A stretch of 64,000 nt of DNA from Escherichia phage Ecwhy_1. The DNA lies in the sequence record MH791411.1; one strand, 5' to 3'. Numbering within the stretch: the first letter of the stretch is position 1; each line of letters begins with the position of its first letter. Shown here one piece after another: positions 38,842 to 48,147 of the stretch. A model generated the notes under the pieces. The model made no database searches and was not told the DNA's origin. It saw only the letters and a program-made list of their open reading frames with translations. Both the position numbers and the translations under genes were made by a program.

Positions 38842-39117
38842 TTAAGTATTGTAAATGTCGTGAATAGTGATAAAGTTTTTACGACCGTAAACATGTAAAT
38901 CAGTATCAATGTAGTGCTTATCAAGTACATCCTCGACGCTTAAAGACGTGTCGTGAATATCTTCATAAAATTGTGGATCAACAATCGTGCTTAAGTCATC
39001 TGGCGTTAACTTATCGTTAAGGCATTGAACCGCCTGGATATCTGCTTCACGTTTCCATTGTTCCAGATTAGTAGTCAGTACTTGCTCGATTTCGTTAGCT
39101 GTAAGTAAAGTCCGCAT
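38842..39117 (-). CDS. hypothetical protein
   Basis: 91-aa ORF preceded by duplicated tandem-promoter leader. Confidence 0.45.
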   Translation of the reverse strand: MRTLLTANEIEQVLTTNLEQWKREADIQAVQCLNDKLTPDDLSTIVDPQFYEDIHDTSLSVEDVLDKHYIDTDLHVYGRKNFITIHDIYNT

Positions 39118-39578
39118 TTTAATGTTTCCTTATCAGTGGTTGATGTAAGTATTATACTCGTTTACTTTCTATTGTCAAACTATTTTATCAGGGGAGTTTT
39201 TCGTATGTCTTACTCCTGGACTACTTAACGGGGTTACTTATTTCGTTCCCCGTCCTGATGTAAAACATTATACTTGATTCTAAGTACAATGCAAGTACTT
39301 TTTTAAAAATAGTTTTCAGTACTAGCCACCAGCAAACAATAGATACATTTATGCACCCTGTGGGCTAATTTGTTTCTATGCGTATATAATAGCAAAGGGA
39401 CTGACCGGAGTCAATCCCTTTTTCAAATATTTTTAAACTTCTTTCGGGTTGCGATATGTGATAGCGTTCGGGTACATTTGTTTAATGTTATTCCATGCCT
39501 GGTTAACATTATAACCACTTGATCGAATCAGTTGGTTATTACCGACACCTTGAAACACTACTTCAAATAAGAATTCTT

Positions 39579-39752
39579 TCATGCTTTCACCTCTCGATCT
39601 GCTTTGCCTTTACGCCAGGCCGTTGCTAATTGTTCGCGTTGCCATAAGTCGAGTGATACGTAAAGTTTTGCATTATCACCCTTCGGATATTCGCCAGTAG
39701 TACCAATCCGATAAAACAGATCTTTCAGTACTGTTAATTCTACCTGGACCAT
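39579..39752 (-). CDS. hypothetical small protein
   Basis: trimmed to MVQVELTVLK. Confidence 0.4.
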   Translation of the reverse strand: MVQVELTVLKDLFYRIGTTGEYPKGDNAKLYVSLDLWQREQLATAWRKGKADREVKA

Positions 39753-39839
39753 TATACTTTCCTCTTTGTTAGGAGGGGAACTATTCCCCTTCCGATATAA
39801 AACATTATACACTTTATTCAGTACTGTGCAAGTACTTTT

Positions 39840-40052
39840 TTAATCTTTCAGCCAATGATCCTGAATGAATTTTTCACCGGAACCTTGCTGCATTGATTGT
39901 AACAGACGTTCGCGATGAGCGGCGGCGAATTGCTCAGTACTATGCGTTACACCTGGTTGATATCTGGATTCACCATTTGGGGCGATGTATTGTACATCCC
40001 ACGGTTTTTCGTTAGTATCAGACCATTTACGAACGATTAGTTGACCTTGCAT
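39840..40052 (-). CDS. hypothetical small protein
   Basis: 70-aa ORF, cassette upstream. Confidence 0.45.
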   Translation of the reverse strand: MQGQLIVRKWSDTNEKPWDVQYIAPNGESRYQPGVTHSTEQFAAAHRERLLQSMQQGSGEKFIQDHWLKD

Positions 40053-40135
40053 TTTTCTTTCCTCTTAGTGGGGAGAATCATTTCTCCCCTTCATGTAAAC
40101 TATTATACAGTACTGGATTGCATTGTCAATAGTTT

Positions 40136-40459
40136 TTATTCACCTTGTTTGAATATAGTTTTCTCCATTGATTCCATGATTGCAACCAATACAGCATGGA
40201 TCTCACTTAACGCGGCATCACTAAAAGCATTAATGAATAGGCAATCATTCTCGCGAATATTTTTAATGTACTTATCAGCAGTGGTTGCGAATTCATTCAA
40301 CGGCAGATCAAATGCTTTATCCCATAATGGATGGCGTAACTGTAACAGTACTGGATTATCACGATCACCAGGGGAAAACGTACCAGTGATGAAACATACG
40401 CCCGGAATACTTTCGAACTGGCAACGGACTTCCTTTGTGATAGTAGTATGAATGTACAT
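40136..40459 (-). CDS. hypothetical protein
   Basis: 107-aa ORF. Confidence 0.45.
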   Translation of the reverse strand: MYIHTTITKEVRCQFESIPGVCFITGTFSPGDRDNPVLLQLRHPLWDKAFDLPLNEFATTADKYIKNIRENDCLFINAFSDAALSEIHAVLVAIMESMEKTIFKQGE

Positions 40460-40486
40460 TTATTGTTATCCTCTATTAAATTAATA

Positions 40487-40675
40487 TTACAGTTTATGAA
40501 TTAATTCTTTATCTAAGCGATAGCGTACATTATTAATGGTAACAGCATTATTTTTAATGCTACGCTGTACGGGTCCACCAGCAATAACAAACGTTGCTTT
40601 ATTGCCCCGAACAATGATAGCACTTCCAGGATTACCGAAATCATCTTGTACTAAAATACTTGATAAGTTTTCCAT
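40487..40675 (-). CDS. hypothetical small protein
   Basis: 62-aa ORF, cassette upstream. Confidence 0.4.
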   Translation of the reverse strand: MENLSSILVQDDFGNPGSAIIVRGNKATFVIAGGPVQRSIKNNAVTINNVRYRLDKELIHKL

Positions 40676-40753
40676 TTTTATTTCCTCTTAGTAGGGGAAG
40701 ATGTTTCCCCTTGATGCAAGTACTATAACAGTACTGAAAACTAAATGCAAGTA

Positions 40754-41110
40754 CTATGATAAAATCATGATAGGATATTCACTATCTATCAATACCTCGA
40801 ATCCGAAACCTTCGTACCATTCTTTAAGATTAAAGGCGTTATCTTCTCCCGTATCGCATTCTAAGATGATACAATCTGAATCATCGGCGGCATCAATAAA
40901 GGCATTCATTAATTCGTTACCTTCACCATTGCCCCGACTATCAGGATCAACATAAAGAGAATCAATAAACGCTACACGGTCATAATCAAGATCCGGTGCA
41001 ATGATTCCACGTTTAACAAACCAGTACTGCAATTGTGCTACTTTGCCCTGTACTTGATAGCCAGTGATCTCGCCATTGTCAGTAGTACGCGTGATATGTT
41101 GTATTCCCAT
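40754..41110 (-). CDS. GNAT-family N-acetyltransferase-like protein
   Basis: motif-A-like VDPDSRGNGEGNELM and motif-B-like WYEGFGFE; short (118 aa). Confidence 0.45.
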   Translation of the reverse strand: MGIQHITRTTDNGEITGYQVQGKVAQLQYWFVKRGIIAPDLDYDRVAFIDSLYVDPDSRGNGEGNELMNAFIDAADDSDCIILECDTGEDNAFNLKEWYEGFGFEVLIDSEYPIMILS

Positions 41111-41173
41111 GATTACTATCCTCAGTTAAGATATAAAACATTATACACTATCTTTCAGTACTGTCAATACTTT

Positions 41174-41431
41174 TTATCTCATAGATCTATGCCAACAATT
41201 ACGCGGATCTCTTTTAAAAGTACTATCATGATCCTCCTGGCAAGTAATACAATACATGCACCCTATAACGGCCTGGCGTCGATTCTCAGGGATTTTATCG
41301 CCGCAGTCGAGGCAATGTACAAGTGATTCTCTTTGTGCGTTAATTTGCTTTCTAGCGTGGTTAACGGCGGCCTGAATCACTGCATGAATCTCGTCTTGTT
41401 CGGCCCCGTCTTTCGCGTATCCTACTGCCAT
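41174..41431 (-). CDS. TraR/DksA-family C4 zinc-finger protein
   Basis: CLDCGDKIPENRRQAV ... CITCQ matches CxxC ... IP..RR ... CxxC signature. Confidence 0.6.
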   Translation of the reverse strand: MAVGYAKDGAEQDEIHAVIQAAVNHARKQINAQRESLVHCLDCGDKIPENRRQAVIGCMYCITCQEDHDSTFKRDPRNCWHRSMR

Positions 41432-41594
41432 TATTTTAACCTCATTATAAAAATACTATAGTACTGTAATGCTACAATAATACTACTAGTGTTTATCTTA
41501 TTCAAACCATATGATACTACATATCCACCAGCATTACCACGAATAGTAACGCCTTTGTACTGTCTATATAAATTCAACTGCGTATATTGCCTTT

Positions 41595-41665
41595 GATCAA
41601 GAATTGATCAGAATTATACGCCTTATGCTAAATTGATCCAGTACTTTTTTGATCATTTATTGATC
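41595..41665. repeat. cluster of five TTGATC(A) repeats (5 GATC sites in 71 bp)
   Basis: GATC at 41595, 41606, 41635, 41651, 41662; in long leader upstream of TraR-like gene. Confidence 0.5.
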
Positions 41666-41760
41666 GATATTATATAGTTACATTTGTGCACCCTATGGGT
41701 TAGTGACGTTCTCGTCTTGATGTAAGTATTATGCCAGTACTGGAGGATATTGTCAATAGA

Positions 41761-41964
41761 TTATTTTAATTTTTTTCTGTCATTGATTAATGCTTTCAGT
41801 ACTATACTAATAACTTGCAATGATTCATCAATGACAATGAAATTATTCTCTTTCATTAGATGATAGTTACCATTGATTGTATATTCTAACGAGTACTGTT
41901 TACGTTTAATTTTTGATAATGTTTCTATTTGTTTTTGTACTGATTTCATGCTAATCATTGTCAA
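41761..41964 (-). CDS. hypothetical small protein
   Basis: 67-aa ORF. Confidence 0.4.
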   Translation of the reverse strand: MTMISMKSVQKQIETLSKIKRKQYSLEYTINGNYHLMKENNFIVIDESLQVISIVLKALINDRKKLK

Positions 41965-42063
41965 ACGTCCTGTAACGCATTCTAACGAGATAAACGGTTT
42001 AGTACTGGCATTGTATAGGGTAAATGATTAAAGCCCACCAGCGTTAACCAGTGGGCTATAATA

Positions 42064-42207
42064 TTACATCTTGCGGATAATCTTAACAGTATCTTTCACC
42101 GATTTACCGTTTTGCTGACATTGCTCGATCATCGCGTATTGTTCTGCGGTCAGATCCTCGCCAGTTTTTGCCAGTACTGCGTCGATGAATGAATCCAGTG
42201 CGATCAT
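42064..42207 (-). CDS. hypothetical small protein (47 aa)
   Basis: hand-translated ATG..TAA ORF; GCCCAC/GTGGGC terminator hairpin directly downstream. Confidence 0.35.
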   Translation of the reverse strand: MIALDSFIDAVLAKTGEDLTAEQYAMIEQCQQNGKSVKDTVKIIRKM

Positions 42208-42297
42208 TTTATTTCTCTCTTAGGTTAAGTTAACTACTGTTTATAAAACTTATTATACAGTACTATCAATCTATGTCAATAGTACTGGTAATATATT

Positions 42298-42477
42298 TTA
42301 GCGGTAGTCGTCGTATGCTTTATTCACCTGGCGAATATAACTTTCAAAGGCTTCGTCTACCGTTTCATACTCCCGAACATAATCACCATATGAAACTACA
42401 TACATACCTTTTTGATCTTCAAACGTCATGATGATAGAATCCAGACCAACGATTTCAGTTTTTGCGATGATAGCCAT
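42298..42477 (-). CDS. hypothetical small protein (59 aa)
   Basis: hand-translated ATG..TAA ORF in cassette-like spacing. Confidence 0.35.
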   Translation of the reverse strand: MAIIAKTEIVGLDSIIMTFEDQKGMYVVSYGDYVREYETVDEAFESYIRQVNKAYDDYR

Positions 42478-42560
42478 TTTTTAATTCCTTAGTAGTGTAG
42501 TTGATAAAAGTTATTATGTCAGTACTATCAAACTATGTCAATAGTACTGTGATAATATTT

Positions 42561-42773
42561 TTAGTTAATGATAGTCAGTGTAAAATTGTAATCACCGCAG
42601 CGATATAGCACGTTATTCCCAAATGTCCCAACTAATCGCACATCACACAAAACGCCGGTTTTTTCTTTTACTTCCTTGATACTTGTAACTCCTGTAATAT
42701 CTTTATTAAAGTATTCATGATCTGAAAATAAAACTTGTTTTGCATTTTTTAATTTCGACCGGATATTAGCCAT
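42561..42773 (-). CDS. hypothetical small protein
   Basis: 70-aa ORF with hairpin leader. Confidence 0.45.
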   Translation of the reverse strand: MANIRSKLKNAKQVLFSDHEYFNKDITGVTSIKEVKEKTGVLCDVRLVGTFGNNVLYRCGDYNFTLTIIN

Positions 42774-42869
42774 TTTGTTTTCTCTCTCTGTTAGTGGGGA
42801 GAAGTTTTTCTCCCCTTGATGTAAACTATTATACAGTACTATAATCTATTGTCAAACTATTTTTTTATA

Positions 42870-43211
42870 TTATTCGAAATCTTCTGGACCGGACTGATAA
42901 TCATCTTCACCGTATGCACTTTCTAACCGCTCGCCAGTGTGATCATCAGTTAGTGAGTCATCCTCATAGTTCACGTCTACGCCAGTGATGTAAAACTGGC
43001 TATCGTCTGGATCATTGAAATTAATTTTCTGTATGTTTACAATAACTGTATTGATGCCCAGGACACCGCCATCAGCCGTTACAAAGTACTGATAGTTTTC
43101 GCAACCGCCTGAATTGAAACCGTAATTAATTTCGGCCCGACCATCATTTAAACGCAGTGCCTGGGCGATGATTTCGTTTTCAAAGTTAGATTGAGCAATT
43201 GAGATAGTCAT
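42870..43211 (-). CDS. hypothetical acidic protein
   Basis: trimmed to MTISIAQSNF; acidic C-terminus. Confidence 0.45.
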   Translation of the reverse strand: MTISIAQSNFENEIIAQALRLNDGRAEINYGFNSGGCENYQYFVTADGGVLGINTVIVNIQKINFNDPDDSQFYITGVDVNYEDDSLTDDHTGERLESAYGEDDYQSGPEDFE

Positions 43212-43420
43212 GATTTGTTTCCTTATTACCAGGGGAAACCGTTTCCCCCTCTCGATGTAAAACATTATACGCTTATTGAGATAGTTTGCAAGTACTTTCT
43301 ACAAATACTTTTAAAATAGTTTTCAGTACTCAATACTCATATAATAGATACACTTATGCACCCTGTGGGCTAGTGAGCTATCTCTCAATGAATATATAAT
43401 AGCAAAATGGCTGACCGGAG

Positions 43421-43576
43421 TCAACCACTTTTTTCATTTATTTTTAGCTTTTAGAATCGCCGCCTTTCGCGTCATGCCTTGCTTGATGTATTCTTGTACT
43501 TTCGCTTTACGTGCATTCGCTTTATTTGCTTTCGTAAATGCCGAACAACTTTTATAGTTTAAACCTGTTGGATTCA
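43421..43576 (-). CDS. small basic protein (about 51 aa)
   Basis: hand-translated; Lys/Arg-rich; directly follows TM-peptide ORF; coordinates +/-1. Confidence 0.3.
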
Positions 43577-43667
43577 TTTAAATCACCATAAAGAATAGAT
43601 AGGTTACTAACAACGCCGCGATCAATGCACCGACCAGGGCCGAACTATAGTAAGCTAATGTTTTCAT
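43577..43667 (-). CDS. small hydrophobic peptide (about 29 aa, single TM helix)
   Basis: MKTLAYYSSALVGALIAALLVTYLFFMVI; ATGA overlap with upstream stop; coordinates +/-1. Confidence 0.3.
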
Positions 43668-43816
43668 TTTTTAGCCTGAAAGTAATGTTTAATTTGAGCG
43701 GCGGTCAGTGCACAATTACGCAGGAAGTTTTCTGTATAACTGCGGCGAGTACTGAAAGAGAATTGACCTTTGCCGTTACCGATAGTAACATCAAACCGAG
43801 CGTTGTATTGTTTCAT
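43664..43816 (-). CDS. hypothetical small protein
   Basis: trimmed to MKQYNARFDV after hairpin leader. Confidence 0.4.
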   Translation of the reverse strand: MKQYNARFDVTIGNGKGQFSFSTRRSYTENFLRNCALTAAQIKHYFQAKK

Positions 43817-43897
43817 TTTGATTCTCCTGTTATTGGGGAGAATCATTTCTCCCCTTCATGTAAAACATTATACAGTACTAAAAACTAATTGCAAGTA

Positions 43898-44044
43898 CTA
43901 TTTTTTAGATTTACGCAAACTTTCTACCATCTCAGGAGTAAGGCCCGGCGGGTAGGAAACTACTTCATCAACGAAACGTAAAGGGAATACCCCAGCGAAA
44001 GGTGAACGTGCTTTCTTAGTATTACTCTTTTTTGATGCTTTCAT
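43898..44044 (-). CDS. small basic protein (47 aa)
   Basis: hand-translated ATG..TAG ORF with promoter and hairpin upstream. Confidence 0.35.
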   Translation of the reverse strand: MKASKKSNTKKARSPFAGVFPLRFVDEVVSYPPGLTPEMVESLRKSKK

Positions 44045-44113
44045 TTCATATTCCTTAATTAGTGGGGAGAATCATTTCTCCCCTTCATGTAAAACATTAT
44101 ACGCGTTTAAAAA

Positions 44114-44323
44114 CTAATTGCAAGTACTATTTGAAAGTAAATGCTCATACGCTGCATTAACTACGTTTTCAATAACCGACTGTACAGAAAGATCCCCCAC
44201 GTCCTGGCTATAGTAGAAATCGCTTACAGTGGTGTCATCGTATGCAAATACTTTACCAGGTACTGCATCAATCACATACATATTAACCTTTAAGATGTCG
44301 ATCTTATCCTGTACAGTAAGCAT
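44114..44323 (-). CDS. hypothetical small protein
   Basis: 69-aa ORF. Confidence 0.45.
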   Translation of the reverse strand: MLTVQDKIDILKVNMYVIDAVPGKVFAYDDTTVSDFYYSQDVGDLSVQSVIENVVNAAYEHLLSNSTCN

Positions 44324-44328
44324 ATTAA

Positions 44329-44601
44329 TTAACCTTTTAAGTACTGGCTTAAGTAGTCTTGTTGATCTTCGGTGATTGCAGCCATCTTCCCTAGTACTGG
44401 ATTAATGATATAATCCCCTGTAACGTCCTGTAACGCATTCTCAGGCGGTTTAACGGCTGGGGTAGCCATAGCCATCGCCTGGACTTGTTCGACGCTATAA
44501 CGCTCATATAGGCGGCATTCTTCCGGTGTTAACATAGCATCAATGCGTTTCATTGGTTTAATGATGCTTTCAACTTCATTCAGTACTTGATTAACGTTCA
44601 T
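44329..44601 (-). CDS. hypothetical protein
   Basis: 90-aa ORF. Confidence 0.45.
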   Translation of the reverse strand: MNVNQVLNEVESIIKPMKRIDAMLTPEECRLYERYSVEQVQAMAMATPAVKPPENALQDVTGDYIINPVLGKMAAITEDQQDYLSQYLKG

Positions 44602-44652
44602 GGTATAATCCCCAATATAAGCGGCCTGAATCGACCGCTAACGATGTTTTGA

Positions 44653-44922
44653 TTAATAGGTGTATGGTTGACGTTCAAACAATGATTGCACGTTGTACGC
44701 CCCACTAATGGGCTTTGCTGGTAAATCAATTTTATATTGCTCACGCTTAAAGATAATAAAACGGCAATTGTTTTTAACATCAAAATTGATTGAACGTTCC
44801 AGTAGTTTACCATCGTGCACAAATACAAGATAACCGCTCGCTACTTGTTTTGTAGTACTGGTTGCAACCATAGACCGCCGAACATGTGTACCTGCGTCGA
44901 TTAAAGTACTGATATTTTTCAT
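44653..44922 (-). CDS. hypothetical protein
   Basis: 89-aa ORF. Confidence 0.45.
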   Translation of the reverse strand: MKNISTLIDAGTHVRRSMVATSTTKQVASGYLVFVHDGKLLERSINFDVKNNCRFIIFKREQYKIDLPAKPISGAYNVQSLFERQPYTY

Positions 44923-45002
44923 TATACGTTCCTCTTAAGTTAATTTAATTTCTTTCCCCTATGCAGACACTATATCAAAGTATCTGCATAAAGTAAAGCT
45001 AA

Positions 45003-45326
45003 TTAAAGATCTTTTTTGCGTTTAACATTCTGTACAGTACAATGCAACGGGATATTAAGATCATTGCACAAACGAGTAAGGGAGGTTTCATCAGTATTAA
45101 GCCCGTCTACTGATTCCTTTAATAGATCTAACGCCGTTTGTTGATATGCATCTTCATAGCCATAAGTAAATGATTCAACCGCCAGATCATTCAAACCGTT
45201 ATCCAGTTCGACGCTTACATGACAAGAATGATAAGTATTGCCATATGAATCAGTCCAACGTTTACCGTCAACATTGATTGCACGGATTGCAGCCAGGGAA
45301 ACGGTGTTAATGATAGTTTTAGCCAT
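45003..45326 (-). CDS. hypothetical protein (paralog of 38160..38483)
   Basis: shared RWTDSYGNTYHSCHV ... FTYGY ... VKRKKD. Confidence 0.55.
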   Translation of the reverse strand: MAKTIINTVSLAAIRAINVDGKRWTDSYGNTYHSCHVSVELDNGLNDLAVESFTYGYEDAYQQTALDLLKESVDGLNTDETSLTRLCNDLNIPLHCTVQNVKRKKDL

Positions 45327-45415
45327 TTTTGTATTCCTTAAATTAATATGTTGTCTTGATAAAATCTATTATGCCAGTACTATCAAACTATGTCAATAGT
45401 ACTGTGATAATATTT

Positions 45416-45628
45416 TTACTTACTTTCTTTCGCTGCTTTGTGCGTTGCCACTGCCATAACCACATCAGCACGAACAAAGTTTTTAACCGTGTCGCTGTAA
45501 TAATTGATCGCTTCATCAATATCTGCGAACATCCGATACATACCGCACCACGATACTTTATAACCTGCTTTCACTTCTTCCAGCTTAACCAGTGATTTGT
45601 TAACTTTGATTTTAGTAATGATAGCCAT
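45416..45628 (-). CDS. hypothetical small protein
   Basis: 70-aa ORF. Confidence 0.45.
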   Translation of the reverse strand: MAIITKIKVNKSLVKLEEVKAGYKVSWCGMYRMFADIDEAINYYSDTVKNFVRADVVMAVATHKAAKESK

Positions 45629-45707
45629 TTTATTTTCCTCAGTTGTCTTGATAAAATCTATTATGCCAGTACTATCAAACTATGTCAATAGCACTGTGAT
45701 AATATTT

Positions 45708-45851
45708 TTACTTACTTTTTGCTTTCTTGATTGCTTCCACCTGGTCGGCCCATTCTTTACCCCATACTTGTAAATTATAATGGTACTGGCAAAGAGCAAC
45801 GCCCCGCTTTAAACCCGTAATAGATTTCTGACCACATTGACAAGTTTTCAT
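45708..45851 (-). CDS. small Cys/His-containing protein (47 aa)
   Basis: hand-translated ATG..TAA ORF; CQCG ... CQYH spacing; hairpin leader upstream. Confidence 0.35.
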   Translation of the reverse strand: MKTCQCGQKSITGLKRGVALCQYHYNLQVWGKEWADQVEAIKKAKSK

Positions 45852-45937
45852 TTTAGTTTCCTTGTAGTGGGGAGAACCATTTTCTCCCCTTGATGTAATG
45901 TATTATACTTTATTCGATTTACTTTGCAAGTACTTTT

Positions 45938-46165
45938 TTAATTTAATTCATCAAGGCAAAGGATACGCTCAACGCCCAAATCAGTTAAACTAATCGACGG
46001 CACTTGATAGGTTTCAATGTATGCTACACTTGCCCACTGACCGAACTCATTAACGGCCCAGGTATTCATTGCATTTTGCAATTCCGCACCTTCCTTGTTG
46101 GTAATGACTGCAACTACTTGTTCGTTGCCAGTAGTACCAGATACGCGAGTAATGATAATAGCCAT
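45938..46165 (-). CDS. hypothetical small protein
   Basis: trimmed to MAIIITRVSG. Confidence 0.4.
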   Translation of the reverse strand: MAIIITRVSGTTGNEQVVAVITNKEGAELQNAMNTWAVNEFGQWASVAYIETYQVPSISLTDLGVERILCLDELN

Positions 46166-46406
46166 TGTTTTGATTCCTTTGATTTGGAAGGAGAACCGTT
46201 TCCCCCTCTCGATGTAAAACATTATACGCTAATCTCTTAATCGTGCAAGTACTTTTTATTACTTTTTGCAAAATACTTTAAACGCTCTCAATCGCGTTCT
46301 TACAGCCTTAACGCCACCAGCTAGGGCAATGCATCAGATAATCAGTTTAATGCGTTAGAATCGTTTCTAGGCGGTGCTGGTGGCATGGTAAACGATAAAC
46401 ACAAAA

Positions 46407-46430
46407 AAGCCCACCGTTTAAGGTGGGCTA
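46407..46430 (-). terminator. rho-independent terminator
   Basis: GCCCACC ... GGTGGGC hairpin followed by T6 on minus strand. Confidence 0.65.
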
Positions 46431-46450
46431 GTGATTCAGTACTTTAATTG

Positions 46451-46933
46451 TTATGCTTCAACTTTGCGATGAGATTCGATCCATTCCTCGCGAGTCATAC
46501 CGCTGGCGTTAATCGCGTCCAGTACTACCGCAATGCAGTTACCACGCACCGGAATCAGATATTCTTCCCCGTTGTCCAGTACTACCGCTACGCGTTCCTG
46601 AATCCATTTTTTGGCTTTTACTTCTGGCTTGTCTTCCCCATACTTAACCGCCAGGGCTTTTTGTGCCATCTCTGTAACTACTTCCAGATCCAATCCAACT
46701 ACTGCCGCCTGAATACTTTCGATTGTTGCTTGTAGTTCTGCTTCACGGGCCGCCTTTGCCGCTTCAATTTCTGCCGCTTTATTTGCTTGTAGTTCTTTCG
46801 CAGTACTGTACGCGATGTTAAAATTATTGCGTACCGCTTTCATGGTATCGTTATCCAGTTCAGCCAGGATCTCAGCCGCGACGTTAGTTTCATTTGCTAC
46901 CAGTGCTTTGATGAATGATTTTACATTAGCCAT
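46451..46933 (-). CDS. hypothetical protein with Ala/Glu-rich helical segment
   Basis: trimmed to MANVKSFIK; terminator directly downstream. Confidence 0.5.
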   Translation of the reverse strand: MANVKSFIKALVANETNVAAEILAELDNDTMKAVRNNFNIAYSTAKELQANKAAEIEAAKAAREAELQATIESIQAAVVGLDLEVVTEMAQKALAVKYGEDKPEVKAKKWIQERVAVVLDNGEEYLIPVRGNCIAVVLDAINASGMTREEWIESHRKVEA

Positions 46934-47142
46934 TTTATAAATCCTCAATTAAAGTTTAGTTTACGTTTATTAGTGTATCAAAGTTTTCTCGACGTGTCCA
47001 GTTTTTCGTTCGACTTACTGGCGGTCTACTTAGTGCTCCCCGTCTTGATGTAATACATTCTACGCTTTTCTGCGGTAATGTCAACTACTTTCTTAAAACT
47101 ATTTTCAAAGTATCTCAGTACTACGATACTACAAAAACAAAA

Positions 47143-47160
47143 AAGCCCACCAGGTGGGCT
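47143..47160 (-). terminator. rho-independent terminator
   Basis: GCCCACC/GGTGGGC hairpin plus T-run on minus strand. Confidence 0.6.
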
Positions 47161-47166
47161 ATGTAC

Positions 47167-47397
47167 TTAATCAGTGAGTAAAATATTAAACACTTTACCA
47201 TTTAACGTTATTGGTGCACTGCTACCAGGCACAAGATCCGTTAGTATACCTGCAATCGCTTTATCATTGGCTACCTTTCCAGTGTCCAACAGTACTACAG
47301 TACTGATAAGATTAACGCTCGTTTCAATATCATAATGCACGGCGTTAAGTAGTTGTGTAGTACTGCTTTCGTTAAGTAAAACAATTCGCTTAGTCAT
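47167..47397 (-). CDS. hypothetical small protein
   Basis: 76-aa ORF with terminator downstream. Confidence 0.45.
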   Translation of the reverse strand: MTKRIVLLNESSTTQLLNAVHYDIETSVNLISTVVLLDTGKVANDKAIAGILTDLVPGSSAPITLNGKVFNILLTD

Positions 47398-47418
47398 GAT
47401 GTTACCCCGTAGTATCTA

Positions 47419-47718
47419 TCAACGGCAATTAATAACGCCGGTATGAGTTACTTTCTCGGTATCCATTACAGTGACCGAACCGCGTTTAGCACTGGCATCA
47501 TAATAAATTGTCGTGCTACCGTTTTCGTCTTCTTCATGGAACGGGCCGTTTTTAAATGCTTCCGGCTGGATCTCTAAATCCTTTAATACAATCTCGCCAG
47601 TTCTTTCATCGGTCATTGCAACAGTGCACTGAATGAATTTTTCACTACTTACATCTAATGACGCATTAACAGCGAAAGAGGAAACAGATAAAGCCAGGGC
47701 GATGATTGCAATTTTCAT
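47419..47718 (-). CDS. secreted/periplasmic small protein (signal peptide)
   Basis: N-terminus MKIAIIALALSVSSFAVNA: charged-hydrophobic-AxA pattern. Confidence 0.5.
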   Translation of the reverse strand: MKIAIIALALSVSSFAVNASLDVSSEKFIQCTVAMTDERTGEIVLKDLEIQPEAFKNGPFHEEDENGSTTIYYDASAKRGSVTVMDTEKVTHTGVINCR

Positions 47719-47802
47719 TTGATTATCCTTAGTTACCAGGGGAAACCGTTTCCCCTTGCGATGTAAAATATTATACAGTACTAAAAACTAATTGCAAGTA
47801 CT

Positions 47803-48039
47803 TTATGATTTTTTATAAAACATTTCAGCAGTGATATTTTTACCCGTTGGCTGTACTTTATCCAGAATTTTTTGATGCCCTGGTCGTCCAAAGGAATATG
47901 ATCCGTAAACAGTAAACCAGTAGTTACCCTCAGTGTTTACATGTACAGCACAATAAGGAACACCACGCGATTCATCACTAGTAAAGTGTGATACCGTTCC
48001 CGTTACATTCGCAGACGTTGATTTGATTTGTTCGACCAT
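47803..48039 (-). CDS. hypothetical small protein
   Basis: 78-aa ORF, cassette upstream. Confidence 0.45.
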   Translation of the reverse strand: MVEQIKSTSANVTGTVSHFTSDESRGVPYCAVHVNTEGNYWFTVYGSYSFGRPGHQKILDKVQPTGKNITAEMFYKKS

Positions 48040-48147
48040 TTTCTTATTCCTTAGTTACCAGGGGAACCGCTCCCCCTATGCAAAACATTATACGCGTTTA
48101 AAAACTAATTGCAAGTATTTTAATAAAAAGTATTTGAAAAATAGTTG

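Noticed and set aside
46050-46271. N-terminal extensions such as MYNVLHREGE, MFYIERGKRF, MTVLKCFST recurring in unrelated track ORFs
   Set aside because: These peptides are translations of the conserved promoter and hairpin DNA (reverse complement of ..gatgtaaaacattatac..); true starts are the ATG after the SD, so the ORFs were trimmed.
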